Virus record (IMG/VR): IMGVR_UViG_3300028797_000093
Length of the DNA: 64,000 bases
Direction: 5' to 3' (one strand)
Source: a virus
Taxonomy: Duplodnaviria; Caudoviricetes
Part shown: one piece after another, positions 20,274 through 31,024 of the stretch
Layout: every line of letters begins with the position of its first letter
How positions within the stretch are numbered: position 1 is the stretch's first letter
Position numbers and translations under genes: made by a program
Notes under the pieces: generated by a model
Seen by the model: only the letters and a program-made list of their open reading frames with translations
The model's database searches: none
Told to the model about the DNA's origin: nothing

Positions 20274-20389
20274 TTATATTATACCTCCACATCAGTAGAA
20301 TTTTTAAAGTATTTTACTACTATGTTGAACTAAACCCATAAGAATCAATATAAATAAAAGTAGGCCAATGAAGACCTACTTTTATTGAT

Positions 20390-21235
20390 TTACAAATGGA
20401 GACTACCACTACAACTTCCTGTACATCCTGGCCAGGCACAACCTTGTACACATGTAACTGAGCAATCTGCTGTACATGCAGATGAACATATTGCACAAAC
20501 TTGTGTACAACCTACACCACATGCTGTTCCACAATTTCCCATACATACATGTGCACAATCTGTTCCACAACCTGAAGAACATGATTTTGCACAATTTGTA
20601 GTACAAGTATCGTCACAATCGCTTAAACATGCAACAACACAAGTATTTGTACAATTTAATCTACAAGCTCCTGTACATTCATCTGCACAAGCATTTGCAC
20701 ATGCGTTTACACAACCACCCGTACAACTAGTACAAACATTACTACAAGTACCTGTGCAAGTTCCTGTACAACTAGCACAACCACCAGTACAACTAGTACA
20801 AGCATTAGTACAAGAACCTTGACAAGCACCTTGACAAGTGCCAGTACAAGTATCAAAGCATAATCCTGTACAAGAAGATTTACATCCAGTTTTACCAGCA
20901 AAATCATTTGCTGTTCCTTTTGTAAATCCTTCTAGAGTAGTTATTTCAGTTCCAACTTTAGTTAGTGCATTATAGTCTATTCTTTTATAATTTGGTAAGT
21001 TTGTATCTGATAATGTTTTAATATAAGATATTTGATTAACTAATTTTGTATAATGTTCTTGAATAGCTTTTCTATCTTTTAAAGGAGAAGTAGCAGCAAC
21101 GTATTTATATGTATCATTATCAGGTAGAGCGGCAACAGATCCTTTGCCATTCCTTCTTTTACATTCATTATCAATTCTTGTTTTTAAACCATTTATATCT
21201 GCAGCGGCTATTGTATTTCCCGATTTTAAAGCCAA
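20390..21235 (-). CDS. Cys-rich CxxxC-repeat protein, probable radical SAM modification target
   Basis: TTG start immediately after the rSAM stop; ~115 aa N-terminal domain then about 40 Cys spaced mostly CxxxC (CTGTCQGACQGSC...), as in the TIGR04114-type targets. Confidence 0.8.
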   Translation of the reverse strand: MALKSGNTIAAADINGLKTRIDNECKRRNGKGSVAALPDNDTYKYVAATSPLKDRKAIQEHYTKLVNQISYIKTLSDTNLPNYKRIDYNALTKVGTEITTLEGFTKGTANDFAGKTGCKSSCTGLCFDTCTGTCQGACQGSCTNACTSCTGGCASCTGTCTGTCSNVCTSCTGGCVNACANACADECTGACRLNCTNTCVVACLSDCDDTCTTNCAKSCSSGCGTDCAHVCMGNCGTACGVGCTQVCAICSSACTADCSVTCVQGCAWPGCTGSCSGSLHL

Positions 21236-21236
21236 C

Positions 21237-22853
21237 TTACATCACCTTTAGCCTTTCATATTCCTTTTTTCCTATAATGGGTAGAGCCCATACTTCAGGA
21301 ATATTTAGTTTAAATTCTTTATCACCTTTTTTTCTAAAGTAATAGTAAGTAGCCATTACTCTAGCTTTATGCATCTCACAAATAAAAGTAGCTCTTTTAT
21401 CTGGAGTTCCATATATCTCATAATTATATCCAGAGCACCAAGCACAACCAGATGCTATAGGGCAATAAAAACATAGATCTGTACTCTGAGTACGTCTATC
21501 AATCTTTGCCATACAATCAATTCTAGCACAGTGCTCTGGAGTACAATTAATACCATCCTTTAGATTTCCGATAATATATGGTTCTTGGTCCTTACCAATA
21601 GCATTTTCCATATATCTAATACAAGGATACATATCTCCTTTATAATCCATTGCCAGCATTAAACCAAGTCCACCACACCAGTTTTGTAATTCGTTCTCTG
21701 GTAATGGTTTTCCTATATAATTATCAAACATTGAGATGTAAATATCATTAAGATGATTATTCTCTTCTAACCAGTCTACTAAATTTTTCAATTCATTATA
21801 AAGAATAGTAGCGTGTTCTGGTTCCCAACCTTTTTCATATACACAATTCATCATAATATCTTTATAATCATTCTCTATTAAAGATTTAACTGCTTCTGAT
21901 AAATATATAATATTATCAGGTGAAAGAGTAACTTTACTTTCTATATTTTTACCTGTTTTAGCAGTATAATCTTTTACAGCTGCCATGGCTCTATCATATG
22001 TAGGATTACCAAACTTATCTATTCTACAAGAGTCATGTAGTGTTTTATTACCATCTATAGTCACACCATAACTAAGGTGATTTTTATGAAGTCTTACAAA
22101 TTCTTGGAATTCTGGTTCAAAGTAGAGTAGTCCATTCGAAGACATAGAAATCATAAAATTAATAGCCCATCTATGTTTCCTTTTAAAGACTTCTCCTATG
22201 AAATATTTACAAATCTTAGACATTACATCAGTACAGAGAAGAGGCTCTCCTCCTATAAATTCTAAAACACATCCTAAAGCTTTATTAGCATTTATATATG
22301 AACTAACTCTTTCATCAGAGTTAAGAATTAAATCAATAAATGTCTTAGCAGTTTCAAATGACATTTTATGATTGCCCTTATCATGTTGATAACAATAGGT
22401 ACATCTCATATTACAGTCATCTGTTAACTGAAGAGTGATGTTTCTACAAAAATTTCCACCTATTTTCATAGGTCCATTATTTTCATAATCGTCATATAGC
22501 ATTGCTAGTTGATTACTAAAATCTATAGGACGATTTCTTGCTGTAATTTTATATCCATTTAAGACAATACAACTAAATCCAAAATTTATATCCCAAGGAG
22601 CATCTTTTATTTGATCTTTATACATATCATATATTGATTCCATACAGAAATCAAATGATAGTATAGCTTCATTTAATTTATTTTCAAAATATTGATAGGA
22701 GTCATTCCATTCTTCATCTGTGAAGTTGGTAAAACTCCTATCAATAGTATTCATAAGATCTATCAGTCTATACTTTTCATAGTATAATCTATTTACATAA
22801 CTATTTAAAGATTCCGGTATGCTGATAATATTTGGATTATTAATGTCCACCAT
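21237..22853 (-). CDS. Radical SAM/SPASM peptide maturase, CXXX-repeat target type
   Basis: CNMRCTYC (CxxxCxxC), FIGGEPLL, SPASM cysteines CGG...YPC...CFYCPIASGCAWC...C; start set at MVDINN (22853) after AAAGGA. Confidence 0.88.
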   Translation of the reverse strand: MVDINNPNIISIPESLNSYVNRLYYEKYRLIDLMNTIDRSFTNFTDEEWNDSYQYFENKLNEAILSFDFCMESIYDMYKDQIKDAPWDINFGFSCIVLNGYKITARNRPIDFSNQLAMLYDDYENNGPMKIGGNFCRNITLQLTDDCNMRCTYCYQHDKGNHKMSFETAKTFIDLILNSDERVSSYINANKALGCVLEFIGGEPLLCTDVMSKICKYFIGEVFKRKHRWAINFMISMSSNGLLYFEPEFQEFVRLHKNHLSYGVTIDGNKTLHDSCRIDKFGNPTYDRAMAAVKDYTAKTGKNIESKVTLSPDNIIYLSEAVKSLIENDYKDIMMNCVYEKGWEPEHATILYNELKNLVDWLEENNHLNDIYISMFDNYIGKPLPENELQNWCGGLGLMLAMDYKGDMYPCIRYMENAIGKDQEPYIIGNLKDGINCTPEHCARIDCMAKIDRRTQSTDLCFYCPIASGCAWCSGYNYEIYGTPDKRATFICEMHKARVMATYYYFRKKGDKEFKLNIPEVWALPIIGKKEYERLKVM

Positions 22854-22876
22854 GAGTCCTTTATCCTTTCTATCTA

Positions 22877-23893
22877 TTAGGTAGTATAAGCAACAGGTAC
22901 ATGTACCCATTTATCGGTTGCATTTTTATAATACTTTAAACCACCTGTAGTGGCAGTTGTATCAATCCATAATATACTAGTATTTGTAGGAGCAGTAGTT
23001 CCAGCTTGCCAAACTGTACTAGGTCCCTGAGGACCAGTCGGACCTGTAGCACCTGTTGCACCTTTAGCACCTGTCGGACCTGTTGGACCAGTCGGACCTG
23101 TTGGACCAGTGGGACCTGTCGGACCTGTTGGACCAGTGGGACCAGTAGCACCCGTTGCACCTTTAGCACCTGCAGCGCCATTAGCACCCGCAGCACCAGT
23201 TGGACCTGTTGGACCTGTAGGACCAGTGGGACCAGTAGCACCCGTTGCACCTTTGGCACCTGTCGGACCTGTAGCTCCTTTAGGACCTTGAACACCTTGC
23301 TCACCAGCAGGACCTGTAGGGCCTACAGCAGGAACTTGGATTATTGTTGTAGTACCAGTAGGGCCTGGTATACCTTGAGGACCAGTTTGACCAGTAGGAC
23401 CCATCTTACCAGTAGAACCAATAGCTCCAGTAGGACCTTGTCTGCCCGTTGGACCTGTTGGGCCTTGTCTGCCCGTTGGACCTGTTGGACCTAAGTTACC
23501 TTGAGGACCTGTTGGACCTTTAGCTCCCATTGCTCCAGTAGCACCAGTAGGGCCTATTTTACCCGTTGCACCTGTTGGACCTAAGTTACCTTGAAAACCA
23601 GTAGGACCCATCATACCAGTAGGACCAATAGCTCCAGTAGGGCCATGAGCCCCTTGGGGACCAGTAGGACCCAATGAACCAGTCTGACCAGTAGGTCCAG
23701 GACCACCAGTAGGACCCAATGCACCAGTGGGTCCAGCAGGGCCTATAGGACCACTATCGAAAGGAACAATATTACCATTTCCATCAGAAGCATATATAGT
23801 TTTATTTTCATAATCTACTAATAATTCTCTTGGTACAGCTTTATCTCTATCCTTATATTCCAAAGGTCTAATAGGAAATCTTCCTGAAGACAT
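22877..23893 (-). CDS. Collagen-like (Gly-Pro-Thr-rich) fibre protein
   Basis: About 240 aa of G-X-Y repeats dominated by GPT/GAT with one interruption; C-terminal [12 protein letters not shown] motif typical of phage fibre/minor structural proteins; late motif at 23935-23946. Confidence 0.85.
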   Translation of the reverse strand: MSSGRFPIRPLEYKDRDKAVPRELLVDYENKTIYASDGNGNIVPFDSGPIGPAGPTGALGPTGGPGPTGQTGSLGPTGPQGAHGPTGAIGPTGMMGPTGFQGNLGPTGATGKIGPTGATGAMGAKGPTGPQGNLGPTGPTGRQGPTGPTGRQGPTGAIGSTGKMGPTGQTGPQGIPGPTGTTTIIQVPAVGPTGPAGEQGVQGPKGATGPTGAKGATGATGPTGPTGPTGPTGAAGANGAAGAKGATGATGPTGPTGPTGPTGPTGPTGPTGPTGAKGATGATGPTGPQGPSTVWQAGTTAPTNTSILWIDTTATTGGLKYYKNATDKWVHVPVAYTT

Positions 23894-24018
23894 ATCTTAT
23901 ATTCACTCCTTATATAAACCAAATGAAGAGTATTTACTTGAATGTTAAAATAGTACATATGTATCTTAATCTATAAAAAATAAAGCAATGGGGATGGATT
24001 TTAACCCATCCCCAATAC

Positions 24019-24666
24019 TCATCTTCTGATAACCCTGATGATAAGTTCATTACCAGGGAAGTCCTGATCAGCATAGCTTAAAAGCTGTTCGGCTATATCA
24101 GAATAGCCAGTAGCAGTGATCTGGATTGTAGAAGAGATTATGATAGGTCTTTTGGCTTCCACTTCTTCAGACACTGTATCCTCAGACTCCATGATATTAG
24201 AGAACCTCTCATCTCTACTGAAGAAGTTCTTCCAATCATCATAATACTTCTTGTATCTGGTGGATCTATCATTGGGATATTTCACACCAGATTTCTTAAT
24301 GATGTTGGCCACAGTAGGATAGCTGCAGCCAAACATCTTGGCCATAATGTCTCTGCTCATATGAAAGACATTGAGCAGCCTATCCAGATACTCCTTCTGG
24401 AGATCTTCAGGAAGAGACTTGAACTCTTCCAACTTCATGGGCATGTTTATTGAAAACTTCTGAACCTTGCCGCATTTCTTCTTGTACTCCTTGGCAGAGA
24501 CATCTAAGTCTCTAGGAGTTCCGTTCTTTCTTGTCTTGCCAGAGGTATGATGTGCCCCACACACCATACCTTTCTTTTCTCTTATTGCTTCATTGAAGCA
24601 ATATTCTGCGTCACTCATTAATACTTCCCCTTTACTTATAGTATATGATAGCATACCCTCTATCAA
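24019..24666 (-). CDS. Hypothetical protein, possible helix-turn-helix
   Basis: SRDIMAKMFGCSYPTVANII resembles an HTH; start may be MSDAEY at 24618. Confidence 0.55.
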   Translation of the reverse strand: MIEGMLSYTISKGEVLMSDAEYCFNEAIREKKGMVCGAHHTSGKTRKNGTPRDLDVSAKEYKKKCGKVQKFSINMPMKLEEFKSLPEDLQKEYLDRLLNVFHMSRDIMAKMFGCSYPTVANIIKKSGVKYPNDRSTRYKKYYDDWKNFFSRDERFSNIMESEDTVSEEVEAKRPIIISSTIQITATGYSDIAEQLLSYADQDFPGNELIIRVIRR

Positions 24667-24737
24667 TACTATAATATATAATTAAAAATTATTAGAATAA
24701 CAGCTGGAGTTATTATACTCCAGCTGTTTATTATATA

Positions 24738-25940
24738 TTATAGATAATCTTTATCTTCCATAACAGCAAGAATTTCTTCCACATTATTTTTTAATCTTTC
24801 ATCTGCTTTATTCATATTATAAGCTTTTACTGCATATACAAGAGCTTCCTTTTTATTTCCAATATAATAATATGCTAAGCTTAATAAATCATAAGGTTCA
24901 TCTAGCCAAGATCTATCTCTCTCAAGCCATGTATAATGTCTATAAGAATTTCTCAATCCTTGTTTTATATACCCTATAGCTTGTTCATGATTACCTTTTT
25001 CAATAAGTAGTTTAGCTAAATTAAGATAAGGTTCTCTATATGTAGGTTCTATTTCTATAGATTTTTCATAACTAATTATAGCTTCATAATTTTTATTCAT
25101 AATTCTATAGTTATCACCCATAAATAGATAGCAACTAGCTTCCTCTATAGAATTAGGTGAAAAATTTTCTAATACTTTTCTTAGAGTTTCATTACTTTTT
25201 CCATAATTACCAGTATAATTATATTCATGAGCTAAATAAATTAATCCATAATAATCGTCATCATATTCTTCTGCTCTTAATTCCAATAATGGTAGATAAC
25301 TACTTCTAGATTTATTAAGATCAGGATAATGATGTAATATTATAGAATCTCCATACTGTACTTCTGTACTAACATTATAAAATTCTGATTTAGTATCTTT
25401 ATCACATAAAAACTCATGAACAGGACATTTCCATATCCAATTCTTAGTATGAATTTTATTATACATAAATATTCTACCAGGAGTTCCATCAGCCATATGT
25501 GACCATATATAAGTATAACTTCCCCTTTGAGAAACTCCTTTTACCCATTTAGATATAAGAGTATTATACCACCCTGGTTCTAATAACTCATCAAGATCAG
25601 TACTAAAATATATATCAGTATCTCTAGGACACAACATCATAGCATCATTACGAGGAGTATCGAATCTCCATGGATTATACTTCTTTTGAGCTACTATATA
25701 TTTTCTTGGATTTTGTTTTGCATATTCTAATAGTTTCTCATAAGTACCATCTGTAGATCCAGTATCTAATATTACAACATAATCAGCTTCACTCATAGAT
25801 TCTATCCACTTATCTACGAATTGCAGCTCATTCTTACAAATAGCATATATAGATACTTTCAATTTATTATCTTCAATTAGTTTATCTTCATCTTCTCTTA
25901 TATCTTGCAATATAATATTATTCAAAGGTAGTTCAGCCAT
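24738..25940 (-). CDS. GT2-family glycosyltransferase with TPR repeats
   Basis: YAICKNE, LDTGSTDGT, WRFDTPRN, DLDE, VHE, HYPDLNKSRSSYLPLL; TPR-like C-terminus. Confidence 0.9.
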   Translation of the reverse strand: MAELPLNNIILQDIREDEDKLIEDNKLKVSIYAICKNELQFVDKWIESMSEADYVVILDTGSTDGTYEKLLEYAKQNPRKYIVAQKKYNPWRFDTPRNDAMMLCPRDTDIYFSTDLDELLEPGWYNTLISKWVKGVSQRGSYTYIWSHMADGTPGRIFMYNKIHTKNWIWKCPVHEFLCDKDTKSEFYNVSTEVQYGDSIILHHYPDLNKSRSSYLPLLELRAEEYDDDYYGLIYLAHEYNYTGNYGKSNETLRKVLENFSPNSIEEASCYLFMGDNYRIMNKNYEAIISYEKSIEIEPTYREPYLNLAKLLIEKGNHEQAIGYIKQGLRNSYRHYTWLERDRSWLDEPYDLLSLAYYYIGNKKEALVYAVKAYNMNKADERLKNNVEEILAVMEDKDYL

Positions 25941-25944
25941 ACTC

Positions 25945-28167
25945 TTACTCCTCTAATTCACATTTTGGAACCATTGCGATTCCTGTATTAATATATACAT
26001 CAATAGCATCACAATCAGGATATTTCTCTTTAGCATCTTTGAGTATTTGTTCTTTCAACTCTTCTGCATCAAAATGCTCTGTTAAGAGTTTTAGTAGATG
26101 TAATTCTACATAAGCATTATTATAATACCAATCATCTTCAATCCAACAATATGGTCTTTGATTGATGGTAAGAGCTGTTAGATACTCTTTTAGAGTATCA
26201 GTAAAATCTCCCTTAATTTCTGAAATATAAGCTCTTATACAGTGGATTCTTCTATAATCAAATCCAAGATCTAAAGAACTTGCTATATTAAAATAACTAC
26301 TTGCTACATCTATAGATCCTTCTTTATAACAATACTTACCAAGATTAATAGATACATTAGCTTGTAATTCTTTATCATTATAAGATGGATCATTATAAAA
26401 CTTATCTTCATTAAACATAGAGAAAGCTGTAAGATTAGCATCATATGCATCATGATCATTACCAGCTAATCTACTTTCCCATGCAAAGTATACACAGTCT
26501 AATATACTTCTTTCTTTTCGATAATATGCTCTTTTTGTATATTCATAATAATTTCTATTCTTCTCAATATCTTGATTGTGTATATATGAGATACTACTCA
26601 TTTTAAGATTCTTATTAGAATAATCTATATACTCATGTATATCTCTAACCCATTTAACTCTATTTAGATCAGCTACATGGATTTTATTATTACTATCACA
26701 ATTAGAGGTTCTATCTATATTTAGACTATGAGTAATCATACCATCATATGAAGGGTCCCACTCTTGTTGTATTTTCGCATACCAATCATATCTTAAATAT
26801 TCATCGAAGTCTACTGTTACACATACGTCTATATCAGGATATTTTTCTAGTATCATTTCTAGAGCATCTTGTCTGGCTTTACCAAATGAAAATTCTTCAT
26901 ATGTCTTAACTTCTACATCTACACCTAAATTTTTTAATTTCTCTACACTATCATCAGTAGATCCAGTATCTAGAATAAAAGTATAATCGGTTTGCTTAAC
27001 AGTAGCAAACCAAGTGTCTATGTTTTTACTTTCATTCTTACAAATAGCGTAAACTCCTACTTTATATTTTGATAACTCTTCTTTATATACATCTAAATTA
27101 TAAAGATAAGTTTCATTATCAGGAGAATAAATAGTTGCTACATACTCATGTAAATAAGCATTATAATAATCTTTTAGGGAAAATTCATTATAAGCTAATA
27201 GATCATATATATTACTTGGATTAGAGAAGAGATAAACATCTTCTCTCCAATCTTTTAGATTATATTTTATAGCCAATGCCTCTATACAATATTTAATAGA
27301 ATTATGATAATCATTCATATGATTATAGATAATAGCTATTAGATAATTTATTTTTCTTGTATTAGGTCCTACATTCTTAGCATCAAGAGCATACTTTAGA
27401 GCAGTTTCAGGTTCTCCTCTATCTTTATACTCTATAGCTATATTGATATTAGTCTGATATAAAACTTCTGGATGATCTGAGAAGTCACACTCTTCCAATC
27501 CTCTTAGAAAGACTTCATGAGCCTCTTCATTTCTATCATGAAATGATAACTCACAGCCATAATATATCATACACATAGGATCTGTTCTATTTTCTTGGTA
27601 TTCTAATTCTAATAGACCTAAATAGTTTGCTCTGGACTTAGTTCTATCAGGATGATGTTCTATAATAAACTTATCTGATACCACAGATTTTATTTGATTG
27701 GTTCCATTATAATGAAGTCCTTCATGTATAGGTCTCTCCCAATGCCAACCGGGATCATTGCCATGAACATTCTTTGATAGAAATCTTTTTATTTCATTTC
27801 CGTCATCATCATAATCTATAATATCACCAGAGATATCATTATATCCTTCTCTGAATAGTCTCTTTAACTCTTCATCCCATCCATCAACCCATATCTGATC
27901 AAAATCTGCTACACAACAAATATCAGCATCTTCAGGTATGTGTTTCATACTGAGATTTCTTGCTACATCAAATCTCCAAGGACTAATAATTCCTATATGA
28001 ACTTCCACTTTATCTAACTTAGATAATTTCTCTACACTATCATCAGTAGATCCAGTATCTAAGATTCTTATATAATCTGCTTTCTGTGCCCATTTATACC
28101 ATCTGTCTATGAGTTTACTCTCATTTTTACATATACCATATATACATATTTTCAAATCATCAGACAT
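25945..28167 (-). CDS. Tandem double GT2-TPR glycosyltransferase
   Basis: Two copies of ICKNE / LDTGSTDDSVEKL / DFD(Q/E) / IHE, each followed by a helical TPR-like region. Confidence 0.9.
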   Translation of the reverse strand: MSDDLKICIYGICKNESKLIDRWYKWAQKADYIRILDTGSTDDSVEKLSKLDKVEVHIGIISPWRFDVARNLSMKHIPEDADICCVADFDQIWVDGWDEELKRLFREGYNDISGDIIDYDDDGNEIKRFLSKNVHGNDPGWHWERPIHEGLHYNGTNQIKSVVSDKFIIEHHPDRTKSRANYLGLLELEYQENRTDPMCMIYYGCELSFHDRNEEAHEVFLRGLEECDFSDHPEVLYQTNINIAIEYKDRGEPETALKYALDAKNVGPNTRKINYLIAIIYNHMNDYHNSIKYCIEALAIKYNLKDWREDVYLFSNPSNIYDLLAYNEFSLKDYYNAYLHEYVATIYSPDNETYLYNLDVYKEELSKYKVGVYAICKNESKNIDTWFATVKQTDYTFILDTGSTDDSVEKLKNLGVDVEVKTYEEFSFGKARQDALEMILEKYPDIDVCVTVDFDEYLRYDWYAKIQQEWDPSYDGMITHSLNIDRTSNCDSNNKIHVADLNRVKWVRDIHEYIDYSNKNLKMSSISYIHNQDIEKNRNYYEYTKRAYYRKERSILDCVYFAWESRLAGNDHDAYDANLTAFSMFNEDKFYNDPSYNDKELQANVSINLGKYCYKEGSIDVASSYFNIASSLDLGFDYRRIHCIRAYISEIKGDFTDTLKEYLTALTINQRPYCWIEDDWYYNNAYVELHLLKLLTEHFDAEELKEQILKDAKEKYPDCDAIDVYINTGIAMVPKCELEE

Positions 28168-28205
28168 GCATAATCATATCCTTTCTGATAGTTTATATTA
28201 CTTTT

Positions 28206-28237
28206 TAATTAACTGTTTAGTCTATAACATTTTAATA
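28206..28237. promoter_or_regulatory. Back-to-back AACA-N6-TA late promoters
   Basis: Minus AACAGTTAATTA (28206-28217) towards the glycosyltransferases; plus AACATTTTAATA (28226-28237) towards 28267. Confidence 0.65.
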
Positions 28238-28266
28238 AATTTAAGCATATAAAGGAGATATATTCA

Positions 28267-28866
28267 ATGGATACAAAAGGTGTTATTACACTAGTCTTTG
28301 TTATTCTAATTCTTGCTGTTGGACTTGCAGTAGCAATCTCTAAGTATATTCAGCAAAAGAAGAAATATCAGGACTATACTTTCTCCAAGTTCATTGCCGA
28401 CTATGGTGCAAATGTACTTGCATTGCTGAAAGATGTCTATGAGACATACATTAAAGATACCACATATGTTGATGAGAATGCACTTATCAAAGATCTTGTA
28501 GAACATGGTATTGATACTATCAGTGATCAATTCGCTAAGTATGATATCGACTCTGATGTAATGAAGATCCTGTCTGATGATATGGTTAAAGAAATCATTA
28601 CAAAAGTAGCCATCGAATTCAAGGATCAAATCATTAATGTTATTAATGATGATCCTGATAAGCTTGAGCCTATGGCTATTCCAAGAGAAACTGAAGAGAA
28701 CTACTATTCTGCAGAAGAAGAACCTGAAGTTGTAGAAGATGTTGGTAAGGAAGAAGCAGAAGAGATGATTAACCTCACCAATGAGTTTAAGAGCTATCTC
28801 AATGAGGAAGATTATAAGTATGCTCCTCCTGAGAGTGATACTACAAGTAGCAGTATTGATGTATAA
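28267..28866 (+). CDS. Membrane-anchored hypothetical protein
   Basis: N-terminal hydrophobic helix, acidic C-terminus, AAGGAG RBS; bidirectional hairpin 28873-28901. Confidence 0.75.
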   Translation: MDTKGVITLVFVILILAVGLAVAISKYIQQKKKYQDYTFSKFIADYGANVLALLKDVYETYIKDTTYVDENALIKDLVEHGIDTISDQFAKYDIDSDVMKILSDDMVKEIITKVAIEFKDQIINVINDDPDKLEPMAIPRETEENYYSAEEEPEVVEDVGKEEAEEMINLTNEFKSYLNEEDYKYAPPESDTTSSSIDV

Positions 28867-28907
28867 AATACTAAGGGTAATCTCTATATGAGATTACCCT
28901 TTTATAA

Positions 28908-30347
28908 TTATACCTTCTTATCTTTACTTAAATCATGTTCTTTATCTATTCTGTTATTCTTACCCTTAGACAGATATAGAATCATTTCATTGAAATAATT
29001 CTGATCTACATAGATTCCTATACTGGTATTTGCTCCAGTTACTTCTGTATGTGTAGTAAGTTGCATAGTAGGCCAATCCATGTTATACTTAATAAGTTTA
29101 CCATTATTAACCAATACAAAACTAATCCACATATCAGGAGATACACCAGTATCTATAGAATGTTTAATAACCTCTTTCAAATCTCCCTCAAAGAGATTAG
29201 AAAAGTCTATAGTAAGTTTTTTGTCTATAGATTCTTCATCTTCATACATAGTAGTCAGATGGAGTCTCCATCCATATGCATTAACATCAGGAATTTCAGT
29301 AGCTTTAAATGTAGCAAAATTAACTACACTACCAGTTCCATATACAGGTTTGATCTCTTCAGCATTAAATAGTCTGTGAAGATAATGTTCAGAGCTAGAA
29401 TAATAAGCATATAGTCTAGGAGCAGGGAATCTTACTTCACACTCATAAGTGACTATAAAATTATTTCTAGTTTTTCCTTCCATTTCTCCATCATCAGCTT
29501 CCAATGCTGTAGGTCTAATATGTACATATAGACCACTCATTCTAATAAAGAACTCACTATTACCATTAATAGTCCTAAACTTATATACAAAAGGCATATC
29601 ACTATTCTGATTCAGATACTTTAAGAAAGCAGGGATATTCTTAATCTTATTTTCTGGAGTTACACAGTAACCAGCGTCTCTGGCAACTTGCATTACCAAA
29701 TCGTAAGGAATATGAATATCCATATCTGAATACTCACCAGTAGAATATGATACTCTATAAGCAAGTCTCATAAACTCATATAGATCCATCTGTTCAGCTC
29801 TAGTTTCTACTCTGATTCTGAATTGGAACTGCATCATAAGAACTTTCATGATAACTCCAAGATACATATCATGATCATAGTCCTTAAAGAAAGATCCTTT
29901 CCAAAATCCTGTAGGAGAATATACATTGAGTCCAAACATATCTGTATCTATCTTATCATTATCAAACTCCCAATTGATATTGGGAACTATAGTAAGAGAA
30001 GGCTTCTTTCTAGTGATAATCTCTTGCTTAGTAAGCCTTTTATAATCATCAAATATATTCTTTCCATCTATATTAATAGACTCTTCAGGAAACATATGAG
30101 GAGGAAGTTTTGATAAAAACCATTGCTTCATATATTCTATAGCAAGGGAATATCCATTAATAGCTGATGGAATACAAATACTCTTATAGAGTACTTTATT
30201 TTCTGTAGGATGCTTTACATTATATTCTGGAACAATATCTTTAATATCAAGAACAAAATACTTATCATCAATTAACTCTTTATCTTTTGTATCTTCAAGA
30301 GCTTTAGCTTTTAAAGCAGCTATCTCTCTAGGAGTCAATACCTTCAT
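28908..30347 (-). CDS. Hypothetical, probable virion structural protein
   Basis: 479 aa, GGAGG RBS, late motif at 30390-30401. Confidence 0.65.
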   Translation of the reverse strand: MKVLTPREIAALKAKALEDTKDKELIDDKYFVLDIKDIVPEYNVKHPTENKVLYKSICIPSAINGYSLAIEYMKQWFLSKLPPHMFPEESINIDGKNIFDDYKRLTKQEIITRKKPSLTIVPNINWEFDNDKIDTDMFGLNVYSPTGFWKGSFFKDYDHDMYLGVIMKVLMMQFQFRIRVETRAEQMDLYEFMRLAYRVSYSTGEYSDMDIHIPYDLVMQVARDAGYCVTPENKIKNIPAFLKYLNQNSDMPFVYKFRTINGNSEFFIRMSGLYVHIRPTALEADDGEMEGKTRNNFIVTYECEVRFPAPRLYAYYSSSEHYLHRLFNAEEIKPVYGTGSVVNFATFKATEIPDVNAYGWRLHLTTMYEDEESIDKKLTIDFSNLFEGDLKEVIKHSIDTGVSPDMWISFVLVNNGKLIKYNMDWPTMQLTTHTEVTGANTSIGIYVDQNYFNEMILYLSKGKNNRIDKEHDLSKDKKV

Positions 30348-30437
30348 TTATATATAAACCTCCAATCAATAGAGAAAAAATAAATCCATTACTACAATGT
30401 TTTACTCTAGAGTAATGGATTTATTATGTTAGATACA

Positions 30438-30698
30438 TTAAGTATATGTCAACTGTACTTCAGTTGACTTTCTTATATTTGCATATTTGATTACAGATCC
30501 ATCAGGTAGAATTTTAGTCTTATCATTAGAAGATATATCTTCATCATCTGTAAGATAGACAAATACTACACCTTCTTCTAATCTATCATCAGGTTCTGCA
30601 TAGACTATAGTTCCAATAACTCTATATCCCAGAAAGTCTTCATATTGGACTTCTGATCCTTTAAGACTTTCTATACTTCTATGAATCTTACTCTTCAT
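30438..30698 (-). CDS. Hypothetical protein
   Basis: 86 aa ORF closely spaced in the rtcB operon. Confidence 0.65.
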   Translation of the reverse strand: MKSKIHRSIESLKGSEVQYEDFLGYRVIGTIVYAEPDDRLEEGVVFVYLTDDEDISSNDKTKILPDGSVIKYANIRKSTEVQLTYT

Positions 30699-30700
30699 TT

Positions 30701-31024
30701 TTAGATATCAATAAAGTATAGATCAGTACCAAAGTACTTATAATCCATAATAATAACTTCTTCTTTATTTACATCAAAGTTACCAGCAATAATAAATTTA
30801 GCATCTTCAATATAACCATCAATATCAGAATGGTCATTATCAAGACCAATAATTTCATCTCTGATCAGTTTTAATTGATCAATACGATAATGAACATAGA
30901 TATATTTCTTATCCGATTTAATTATCTTAATCATATCTTGTTCTACAATATTATTATCAACACCGATGTGTACCATATCCGTTTTTGGATACTTCAATCC
31001 GTCATGTTCAATAATATGTATCAT
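30701..31024 (-). CDS. Hypothetical protein
   Basis: 107 aa, overlaps rtcB stop (ATGA). Confidence 0.7.
   Translation of the reverse strand: MIHIIEHDGLKYPKTDMVHIGVDNNIVEQDMIKIIKSDKKYIYVHYRIDQLKLIRDEIIGLDNDHSDIDGYIEDAKFIIAGNFDVNKEEVIIMDYKYFGTDLYFIDI

Noticed and set aside
22936-23494. Repetitive alternative-frame ORFs over the collagen gene (and 20385..20907 over the Cys-rich gene)
   Set aside because: By-products of the short-period coding repeats.
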